A stretch of 64,000 bases of DNA from Podarcis bocagei. Lineage: Eukaryota. The notes under the pieces were generated by a model, which was not told where the DNA came from, made no database searches, and worked only from the letters and a program-made list of their open reading frames with translations. The position numbers and the translations under genes were made by a program. This document shows, piece by piece, positions 37,878 through 48,098 of this stretch (position 1 is the first letter of the stretch; the number at the start of each line of letters is the position of its first letter). Location: NCBI GenBank assembly GCA_964188305.1, contig OZ076894.1, one strand, 5' to 3'.

Positions 37878-37923
37878 CTAGGCGACGTTTCGACGAGGTC
37901 TCACTCGTCATCTTCAGGCTGGT
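37878..37923 (-). ncRNA. Mirror copy of the minimal hammerhead motif, sense to TET2 pre-mRNA
   Basis: Reverse complement gacgtttcgacgaggtctcactcgtcatcttcag at 37884-37917. Confidence 0.7.
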
Positions 37924-39168
37924 GCTTTCGGCTTCTTGTTACTGGAACAGAGCAGGATCTCAGTGTTTGAGTTCCTATAAATACTGTTGAGGGGGTGTGG
38001 TGTATAGCCTCCAACGTTCTGGGCAGAGAGGAAGTTTCCAGGTTAGTGTGCCTTTTCTTCTTTTGTTCATTAATTACTTGAGGGATATCTTGAGTGATTT
38101 CTTGAGTGATATTCTGAGTACCACTTAGGAGGGTCATTAGGTGTGGATTAGTTGCTAAAGCTTTCGTGTCTTGACCTCTTGAGCTTGTGAAGAGTTTTTT
38201 CTGAGAAGATGGCTGTACTGCACTTAGTTGTGCTCTGGCTTGGCTTCGTGTATAGGGGCGAGCTGTGGTTTTGTGCCCTGTGCCAGCCAGATCTGTGTAG
38301 GGATTGCAGGGGGGTGCAGCATCCGGAGGTGCCACTATGGTTTGGCTACTGGATGGTGTCTGTAATTTATCTGTGGAGAGGGTCTGGGTTTGGGTCTGGT
38401 GTGGTTGATTGGAGATGGCGTTCTGTGTGCCTCTGGTTCTGGTGTCGGTTTTTGTGGGGAGGGCTAATTTCCAGATGTCTGGCAGGCGGGACGTGTCGTC
38501 ACGCTTGTTCATGTTGTGAGGGTGTTTCTCTATCTCGATGGCTTCCATGATTATTCTCTTGTGGTGATGTTCCATGTTAAAGAGCAATTTGGAATCTGCA
38601 AAATTAATTTCGTGTCCTGTTTCTTTCATGTGTTGGTAAAGAGAGGAAGTTTTTTCTTCTTTTTTGACGGCATTCTTGTGTTCTGCGATACGTGCATTTA
38701 TTCGTCTGTTTGTTTGTCCAATGTATGTGGCTGGGCAGACTTTGCAGGGTATTTCATAGACCCCTTGGTTTTCTAATTGGATTTTATCTTTGGGGTTTCT
38801 GAGGATATTGGCTATTTTTTGGTTGGTGCAAAAGGCTGTTTTGATATTGTGTTTATGGAGGATTTTGCTAATTTTATCTGTAGTGCCCTTGATATAAGGA
38901 AGGAGGGCCATGCCATTGTTTTCTTCTGTGTCTTGGTTTTTGGGGGGTGTTTCTTTTTGGATTAGCTTCGTAACCCTGTTTTGCTGGTATCCGTTGGCGA
39001 TTAACACATTTGAGAGATTCTGTAACTCAGTTGTCAAGTGGTCTTTGTCAGCCAGGCGTTTGGTTCTGGAGATGAGAGTCTTGGCTACGGAGTTTATTTG
39101 TGCAGGGTGGTGGTGTGATTGTGCATGTAAGTAGCGGTTGGTGTGTGTTTTTTTCCGGTAGATAGTGT
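37901..39168 (-). pseudogene. 5'-truncated PLE ORF: RT thumb + GIY-YIG endonuclease + low-complexity C-terminal tail
   Basis: Open frame from the junction (TIYRKKTH...) to ...PEDDE* with no stops or frameshifts; lacks RT core and start. Confidence 0.9.
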
Positions 39169-39917
39169 CTTCCTCTCTTTACCAACACATGAAAGAAACA
39201 GGACACGAAATTAATTTTGCAGATTCCAAATTGCTCTTTAACATGGAACATCACCACAAGAGAATAATCATGGAAGCCATCGAGATAGAGAAACACCCTC
39301 ACAACATGAACAAGCGTGACGACACGTCCCGCCTGCCAGACATCTGGAAATTAGCCCTCCCCACAAAAACCGACACCAGAACCAGAGGCACACAGAACGC
39401 CATCTCCAATCAACCACACCAGACCCAAACCCAGACCCTCTCCACAGATAAATTACAGACACCATCCAGTAGCCAAACCATAGTGGCACCTCCGGATGCT
39501 GCACCCCCCTGCAATCCCTACACAGATCTGGCTGGCACAGGGCACAAAACCACAGCTCGCCCCTATACACGAAGCCAAGCCAGAGCACAACTAAGTGCAG
39601 TACAGCCATCTTCTCAGAAAAAACTCTTCACAAGCTCAAGAGGTCAAGACACGAAAGCTTTAGCAACTAATCCACACCTAATGACCCTCCTAAGTGGTAC
39701 TCAGAATATCACTCAAGAAATCACTCAAGATATCCCTCAAGTAATTAATGAACAAAAGAAGAAAAGGCACACTAACCTGGAAACTTCCTCTCTGCCCAGA
39801 ACGTTGGAGGCTATACACCACACCCCCTCAACAGTATTTATAGGAACTCAAACACTGAGATCCTGCTCTGTTCCAGTAACAAGAAGCCGAAAGCACCAGC
39901 CTGAAGATGACGAGTGA
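39169..39917 (+). pseudogene. Inverted, shorter 5'-truncated copy of the same PLE ORF (C-terminal part of endonuclease + tail)
   Basis: Translation identical to the last ~249 aa of the minus-strand copy. Confidence 0.9.
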
Positions 39918-39940
39918 GACCTCGTCGAAACGTCGCCTAG
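39895..39940 (+). ncRNA. Minimal (short stem III) hammerhead ribozyme motif in PLE terminal repeat
   Basis: CTGAAGA(39901-07)-T-GACGAG/tgagac/CTCGTC stem II-GAAA-CG-TC; palindromic ACGT in place of stem III; stem I weak (2-3 bp). Confidence 0.7.
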
Positions 39941-41646
39941 ACACCCCAACTCTTACACGGGAAGACACCCGAAGACACCAAAACCTGCATTCCTGTACCC
40001 GTGAAAATCTACGAAAGCAAATATATATATATATATATATATGGCATGGTTAATACAGTTACTGTAATAGGGGTCAATTAGGATTTTCTCTGTTCCCGTT
40101 ACCATCAGGAATCAATAAAAGTTATTGCTGTGGAATAGCTAATGGAAGAAAATCAGATAGGGCATCTTCTCGACTTTTGATATGTCAGCACCTCTGCTTA
40201 TTGCTTTTTTGGTGCATAAATATTGGAAGGTAAAATCCCTTTATTACATAGGCAAGAAACCTATGACCCTCCATATGTTGCTGTACTACAAGTCCCATTT
40301 TCCCTGATCACTGGCCACACCGCCTCGGGCTAATGGGAGCTCAAGTCCAAGAAGAACATCTGGAGAGCCACAAGTTCCCCATTCCTGCTTTATTACATCT
40401 GGTTCGACCATAAATAAAGGTTGGAAATGAGTCTAGATTTTCATTGATAGTATTAGCCTTTTAGCTTTGCAGCAGTTCCTGCTATCTATATATGCACCCC
40501 AAGGCTCAGTTATTAAATTTTTTAAAAAGGTAAATTGGGGTTCAGATAAATTCCTTTAAAACCATCTGTTGAAAATGCAAATGCCTCAGTGTGACCGGTT
40601 CTATAAAGGCATAGCAAAGTTTAGTACTATGCGTTGAAAGATTCTCATGCATCTGTGTCCATTATTCTCATTGTGGTGCATACATGGAGGACGACTGTTC
40701 AGGCCCAAATTGCATGCATCTTGAAATGTTTCAAATAAAATGGGGCATGGGGATATACCAAAGGGGTGTACAGTAGAAGAGGATGCTAAATGTCCTGCTG
40801 CTCTTCTCTACTCCATAGCCAGATGCCAATACAGAGAGAGAGAGAGCCCACCTTGAGAAAAGGGCAGCGGCTGTAGAGGGAAGGACCACAAATGGAGGAT
40901 TCAGAACCCTCAGACCATACATTAAATCACACCTCTATTCCTTTGTGGCGCTAGGCCAAAGGTCTTTTATGAAGACGTTATCTTTATTATGTGCAATTTG
41001 GTCTTAAGTCATTCTGCAACAACACTTTTCCAGTGTCCTAATTCACCATGACAAAACTAGATGCAATTTCCTCATTTTACTTGCACGGGTTATTTCAAAG
41101 AGACAGTTTTCCATTCTGTTTGCCTAGGAAATCATCTTGCATTTCTGGCCTTGCTCAGGCGATACCTTCAGAGGAGAAATCATACCTGCAAGAATCTCAA
41201 CTCCACATTTGCCTTCACCTTGTCCAATCACACCCATATAATGTGCTCAGAATGTAACAAACCAGCCATCTTTTTATGCCCATATTTGATTGTGGGGAAA
41301 TCTAGACACCATAAACCACTCCCAAAGCAAAGTGGAGAGTGGAGTCAGGATAAATCCATAGCCAATTCAACTCACAGTATTTTCCATGAAGGAAACTGAA
41401 GGACAGAGTGGCTGGAACTGCAAGAGCCTGAGATACTTATAATTTTATGGATAAGAAATTCCAGCCTGCGAACTGAGAAATGCAGTTTGGGACATTTATT
41501 TGAGAAGACAAGGGAAGTCTTCCCTATAGGAGAAAGGGGAGGAGGGTGACGTGAGGAAGGGAGGTGGCTGGGCTTGGAAAATTATAGTAGAATGGTATTA
41601 TTGTATTCATTTAAAAACAAACTCTGAAACATCAAACTCAACTCAC

Positions 41647-44600
41647 CAACGCAGCTACAAGATGGGAAATCGTACTGAGTTTTGACAGGTGTGTCCAGTA
41701 GGTTTTTCACAGGAGTATCTAATAACTTGGAAGGTGACTCTAAAAAATGATTGAGAGCTGTTCCAGCAGCCGTTCTTTTGGTTGGTGTTTTTTCAATGGA
41801 ATGAATGGGCTGTTGATCTAAAGAGGCTGCGTGGCTGTTGAAATCTGCAGCGGCGGAATTCCTTGACAGAATAGTGATGGGTCCCACAGTTTCAACTTTC
41901 ACATGTTTCGGTGATTTGATAGTAAGGGACTTGTGATCAAAGGGTGTTCTGACCTGAAACTGTTTCAGCTGCTGCTCCATGGTTTCGATTATACTCTTTT
42001 GTTGCATGTTCTCACAACCAAAGTGCTGACTCTCTTGTTTAATTGTTTTTTCCCACGCTTTGTTCTCCATCTGCCCAGCTGATGGAGGGGTGCAGACATT
42101 CAACTTGGAGCCAGCTTCCGCTTTAATAGGCTTGTGTCCCACACCGTGACAGGTGTCAGATTTGTTTTGTTGTTCTTGCCTGTTTAAGATGTGACACCTG
42201 AGAGCAGCATGCTTCTGAAAATCCCTTTGAGGTTGAGTTGGAAGATGGCAGCCTCTCTGATCAACTCCTGCATGGGACGCCGATTGCTGACTGTAGGGTA
42301 CGTACCTTTGCTGAATCTGGGCAGGTTGTGGGCTACACATGTTGCTGGTCAAATTAGAATATCCCTGTGTTTGCTGGAAGGGTAGTTGTCCAGCTGAAGT
42401 TGGTGGAGACTGGGAAGCTTCTTCCTGAAAGCGATGGGGCACATCTTGTTTGGGGGCCATACTATGTGTGTAATATTGCATATGCTGTAAGTCATGAGTT
42501 ACATTTTCTGCAAAGAGCTCAGTGTTCATAGGGTTTTCTTTTTTCTCAGAGACTAAGTGCATGTTGTTCAAGTAGGAATGCTGCATAACAGTATTTGCTT
42601 TGAAAGCATGATTGTAAAGGGAATCTTTACTGTTCATATCGGACACCGGTCCTGGCCTGACCTGGGAGTTTTGCATTGGGAAGTCAGTTGATTTGAAGTA
42701 ATTGTTTGCAGTTTCAAAACATTCTTCCAATTTAAGCTGACTGAAAGATGCCCCCTCTAGCTGCTGCTCTTGTCTGCTTTGGGAATGAGGAAAGGTCTGA
42801 GGAAGTTCTCTGCTCTTCATGTGCAATGATTGCTGCTGGGAGCCCATGGTTAGCTGTGGACTGTGTGGCAACTGTGTTGGCTGGGTCTGGAGCATCTGTT
42901 GCAATATATGTGAACGGAGGAACTGCTCATTTTCCAATGGTGGAAGATTTAAGTGCTGTGGCTTCATCTGTGACTCCAGGGACTGTTCATTGTGGTATTC
43001 AGCTTGCGGCTGAAAGTGGAAGTGCTTTGCATTTTGCTGCTGTTCGTGGGATTTGAGCATAGTATCCATCTTTGTAGGCTGTGGTGAGTGCTTTTGGAAT
43101 TGCTTTTGCTTCTCAGCTGTAAGATGAGGTGGCAGCTGTGTTGCCTCACCCTTGTACAGTGCTGGTATCTGCTCACATTGTGTGATGTTCTGGAAGCAAG
43201 TTTGCCCTGTAACCTCCTTTGATGCATTGGGGCTCCCAGGATATTGTTTTGGATGGGCCTGATCGGCTGAATTTGACTGAAGCTGAAGCATTGTCCTTAA
43301 GAGCACCTCATTTGATTTTTGGGGAGACTCACTGGGGCGAAAGTGAGGGGAAGATATTCCTGTCCAAGATGTCTGCAAGTGAGGGTGTGACTGATGAACC
43401 TGATTTTTCACCAAGTCTTTTTCATTGCTAGTTATGCTCTCCTGGTTAATTTGGCCCATGAGATGTTGATAATGTTGTTGCAACTCTTTACTGCTTCCTA
43501 CTATTTCTGTGTCTTGAACCTGTGGCTCTAGTTTTGACTGCAGTTCATCAGGATATTGTTGCCTGATGCCTGATGCCATTGCAGAAAGCATCAGATCTCT
43601 TGTTTCGTTGCCAGTCTGTTGTGAAACCTGAACCTCTTGTTGAAGACCCTGTTGAGAACTAAGTGCTTGCTGGCAAAGGCCAGGAATTTGTGCTGCAAGC
43701 TCCCCCTGCTGCTGCTGCTGCTGCTCTCCATTCTTCTCTTTCTTCAAATGAGTCTCTTGACTTTGGGTCTCATAATGGTTATGCACTTCTGAAACACTCA
43801 TGGAAAGAATGCTGTTTATTTCTGGAAGAGGAGAAGAAGCTGCAACAGGAGGTGGGCTGAAATAACTCTTCTTGAACATGGGGTCTTGTTGGAACAAAGC
43901 ACCATTTTCCTCTGCTGGCTCTGCTGGTCTCTCTGAGCTATTGTTATGAGCTTTCATATTGCTGTTGGGATTTAGTGAGAAATCTTGACTGGGCAGTGAG
44001 AAATCTTGACTGGGAACCTGCCCCATGTTTCCTGGAACATCAGTATTCTCTGTAGGGGACTGGCATGCATTTTCGGATTTTTGCTGCTCCAATTGCAGTT
44101 CTGGTTTCTGAAAAGTGTAGCAGGCTGGCAATGTGGATATCTTACTGCCGTCTTCTGTGCTGTGGACTTCAGTGGCCACAGAATCTAGCACCTGAGGCAG
44201 CTCAGAGTTTGAGGTTTGTGGGGAGTTGATCTGCCCTGAGGTATGGGATGAATGTGGTGTGCCACAAGTCGATTCATTAGTAGCCTGTGTGTTTATGGCA
44301 TTTGTAAGAGATGTGGTTTTCTGCATTGCAATGGACACATGATCTGGATTATACTGAGACAGCGTTTTCTCAAGGAGTTCACCATGCATGTTTTCCATAG
44401 AAGAGGCAGAAACTATAGCACCATTAGGCATTGACACCGCCTTGCTCTTGTAGAGCAAGGCAATGTCCCTGTTGTGGCAATTCATGTTTTCGCTCTCCTG
44501 TTCATTCTGAACCTGGGGAGCAGGAGGAGTTTCTGAAGCACCACGATTGTTTTTGGAGGACTGTATGAGAACTGAAGCTGCATCTTCTTCCATTCTAAAA

Positions 44601-45040
44601 CCCACCAAGTCCTCCTCGCTGCATGAATTGGGAACACTCGGTTGATCACTGCCATCCAAAGAGGTTTCTTTCCCTCCTTTTTCTTCTTCATCTTGTCTAA
44701 GCTTTTTGTTCTGGTGAAGCCCGTACAGAGAAGGCTCGCTGAAAGTGCGTTTTATCCCACCATTTTGCATATACCTGCCACAGTCTCTCTTTTCTTGCAG
44801 AAGGTCTGGGCTTATTCTGTTATTTGCATTTCCTCTGACAGTGTGCTTCATTCCATAGTTGGCCTTGAAATGCAGCCACGTGTGGTCGCCATTGACTTCA
44901 ACCTGGCCCTTCTCTGCTGGTGGGCTCCCATTCTGTAGCTTCACTGACAAAGGCTCTCCCTGGCAAACATGAGAAGGATGTGGTATTAGAAATGGGCTCA
45001 AACTACTGCCTTCAACATGGCTGGTTCTATCCTGTTCCAT
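41647..45040 (-). CDS. TET2: TET2 first coding exon (exon 3 by human numbering), N-terminal disordered region
   Basis: ATG GAA CAG GAT AGA (MEQDRT) at 45040; GGIKRTFSEPSL and LLDTPVKTQYDFPSCSCV motifs; donor G|gtgagt after 41647; acceptor ttcag| before 45085. Confidence 0.97.
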
Positions 45041-45045
45041 CTGGC

Positions 45046-45060
45046 CTACTCTGGGGCCAT
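45046..45060 (-). promoter_or_regulatory. Short upstream ORF (MAPE*) in TET2 5' UTR
   Basis: ATG GCC CCA GAG TAG ending 5 nt before the main ATG, inside the spliced part of exon 3 (acceptor at 45085). Confidence 0.6.
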
Positions 45061-45239
45061 CCACAAGGCTGCCCTCCTATTGTATCTGAAAGAGAGAATG
45101 GGGAAGGGGGGAAAATCCATGTTTATTTGATGCACGCTACACAAACCCAGATGGCAATTAAGCACTTCATCTAATGCACTTTCCTTCCTAGATCAAGAGC
45201 CTCATGGAAATTGTGACAGTCTAAAAGTGCTGGGATATA

Positions 45240-45635
45240 CTGTATTTTTCGCGTCATAAGACACACCCGACCATAAGACGCACCTAGTTTTTAGAGGAGG
45301 AAAACAAGAAAAAAAATATTCTGAACAAAACAGTGGATGTGTGATTTTTGTGGTGCAGGCTATGTGATTTGATGGTGAATTTGGGATGACCCAATGCAAA
45401 AATCCTGAGGATCCATGTGGATCCATGCTTTGTAACCACATTTTTGCGCCATTGAGGCCCACCAAAACAGTGGATGTGTGATTTTTTGGTGCAGGCTATA
45501 GCCATGGACATGCTATGCGATCTGATGGTGAATTTGGGGTGACCCAATGCAAAAATCCAGGGCCCACGCATTTGCTCCATAAGACGCACAGACATTTCCC
45601 ATTACTTTTTAGGAAGAAAAAGGTGTGCATATACA
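45240..45635. mobile_element. Tc2-like MITE ~155 bp upstream of the TET2 exon 3 acceptor
   Basis: TA|ctgtatttttcgc..cataagacgcac subterminal repeats; internal duplication aaaacagtggatgtgtgattttt; right end degraded. Confidence 0.7.
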
Positions 45636-46935
45636 GCTGTGCATCTTTCTTGGAGAATAGCAACTTGTATGGGAAGACTCTAGAAGCGGTCTAAGAATCG
45701 CAAGCTCTCTTTCCAAAAGAGATATATTACAATCAATGCTATAATGGAACTCAGCAGCTCTGAGACTGAACAGATGATTTATTTTTTAAAAAAAATACAT
45801 ATACACTCTCAAAAGCAATGAACACAGCTGGACAGATGTTCACTCTTTCATCAGGGGAGAAGACAGCACTAAACAGCTTTGAGCATTCTGAGGTTCCAAC
45901 ATCAAAGCTTACAAGAGCACCCACAGAGAATTCAAAGTCCCAAGTATGTCTCTGAATACAAGTTGATGAATCACAGCTGATGTTGAGGTGGAGCACTGCT
46001 ACACTCAGGTCCTGTGTGTGGGCTTCCCATAGGCATTGGACTGGCCACTGTGAGAACAGGATCCTGGACTAGTGAACCTTTGGCCTGATCCAAGAGAGCT
46101 CTTCTTCTATTTGGAGGTCTGTGAGCTCCATCCTGGGACAAGCCGAGTTTCAAATCATGTGAAGTTTGTCATTAAAAACACTGCTGCTAGTGAAATGGGA
46201 TGTGAACGCTTCAGTATGATTAATTAACACCTGCTTGAATTATTAAAACAGGATATTTGCATGCAATGATTGCAGCAGCAAAGCCACTCTTTGAAAATGT
46301 CACCTATTACACAGACTGCAGCAGTAGAACAAGATTGCTTGCTCCCTTTTCTGTGTGATGTTTGAATGCTGTGCTCCACTTTCCATGGTTATTTCTGACT
46401 TGTAATGTAAAAAGTAGAAGAAAACAGAAATTCAAATTTTTTGCAGTTATCTAAAATGACCACATGTGAAGAAAAAACCAAAACGTCTTAGAAAGTCCTC
46501 TGTATTAGATCTCTGCATTTAATAAGTGAGCTGGGGTGAGACATTCCACACCCCCAAAAAAATCCCATTAATTTTTTCCACTTGTGCCCTTTATCTAATA
46601 TTGGGCCATAAAGACAAACCATAGGTGGAGGTGGAACTGTAAATATCGAAGTATGTCCCTCTGCAAGTGCAAGCTTTCATTCCAACAATTCCCACACAAG
46701 CTCAAAATTCTGAATTGCATTCATACAGTGCACATCTGTATGGTATGGTAAGCATGGCGATACAAAATAATCCTAAATAGATCCCCACTTTACTGTCCTT
46801 CATGGGACAAGAAAGCAGCTGGAGGAAGAGAAGTGGGCAGAGGCCAGAGAAAGAACAGAGTGGAGGGATGTTATTTTCGCATCCTTGGGACCCTGTGGGA
46901 AACTCACTAGACCTGCAGGACCCAGGTATGGAAAG

Positions 46936-47228
46936 TGTTATGTACTGAAGTTCTCACCCAGAGCAAGCAGGGGGATGCTGTAGATAGTTATGCAAAGGAA
47001 GGATCAAAAGTGACGTTAAGTGATTGGATAGTTTGTATGCAAATGAAGGATCGAAAGTGACGTTCGGTGATTGGCTAGTTACAGAAAATGGTTACTGTTG
47101 CATTCTAGTGGAGCTCTATATAAGCAGGCTGACTGAGCTCCTCAGTTTAGTTCTGTTCCAGCTTACAAATAAAGAGCTGCTTTGGAAGAATTGCTGTGTC
47201 ATCTGATATGTTCGCCCACAACTTAACA
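46936..47228 (+). mobile_element. Solo LTR (293 bp) of an LTR retrotransposon or ERV
   Basis: TGTTA...TAACA ends, 5-bp TSD GAAAG (46931-35, 47229-33), TATATAA 47117-23, AATAAA 47168-73, duplicated 47-bp U3 repeat. Confidence 0.88.
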
Positions 47229-48048
47229 GAAAGTGTAGCTGACTGCTGAATAGGACACAGCTGTATAGGAAGCCCCATCCACCCCAAACACCAAGGCTAG
47301 AGTTAGAGACTAGGGGCGATGTTAACAGTTTCCAGGCACCCTTTGTGAGATTTTTGTGGGTGAACTATGGGTTTGTTTGGGCCCTGGGTGGGTGGGTAGA
47401 AACCAGGCGGCCGAGAAGGGTGTAAAATTGATTTTGGTTCATATTTATTAATACTTTAATATTTTTATTAATGCAACTGTATTTTTGTAGTATTTAAGTT
47501 GTCTCATGTTTTTGTTGTCTATAAACTACTTATAGTGCATGCATATGCGTGTCTGTGTGTGTGTGTGTGTTTACACACATGCGTGCATGTGCACACACAC
47601 AAGTAAATAATAAATAAAATTCAGGGGTTGAGAAGGGGAAGGATTGTGCCAGTTCTATATCAGCATCTGCCCACCATTCATGGTAGAACAACTGAGAGAG
47701 AAATTAGCCAATGTGAAAGTCAATTCGCTTATTCAACTGAGTTTGGGACATGGATAATATGTCCTTTAGTAAGGAAGAAATCCCAGCCAACTTGAAGGTC
47801 ATCTAGGGATTTCTGCTGGAGTTGGGTCACTACCAATATATTGAGCAGTTGGGTCATTGCTCAATATATTTATTTTCTTTCCAAAATGGGGAATTAGCAA
47901 TCCGCAAATAGCTGGACAAATCCCTTCCCCCTTTTGTATGAAGTAAATTGTACCTCTTCCAAAGCAGAGTCTTTCCCCAAGTATAGAAATTTGTATTTCC
48001 TGCCCCCTTCAGTTACTGAACTCCAGCCAATATACTTATCAGCTTTAC

Positions 48049-48098
<50 letters not shown>

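Larger units (their letters stand above)
37828..40020. mobile_element. Penelope-like retroelement (Poseidon-type), two 5'-truncated copies head-to-head forming an 822-bp inverted repeat
   Basis: RT-thumb motif YRKKTHTNRYLHAQSHHHP, linker LPYIKG..KD, GIY-YIG endonuclease GVYEIPCKVCPATYIGQTNRRINARIAEH; arms 37828-38649 and 39169-39990; flanked by (TA)n both sides. Confidence 0.93.

Noticed and set aside
39165-39917. Independent 250-aa protein-coding gene
   Set aside because: GTG start is created by the inversion junction; it is a truncated copy of the PLE ORF
37828-39990. Assembly fold-back artefact as the explanation of the palindrome
   Set aside because: Unique 519-bp spacer, one-sided 30-nt tail, unique flanks and (TA)n target fit real PLE structure; not excluded without reads
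45041-45064. N-terminal extension MDGPRVGQ from the ORF track
   Set aside because: It starts at GTG; the recognisable TET2 start is MEQDRT at 45040
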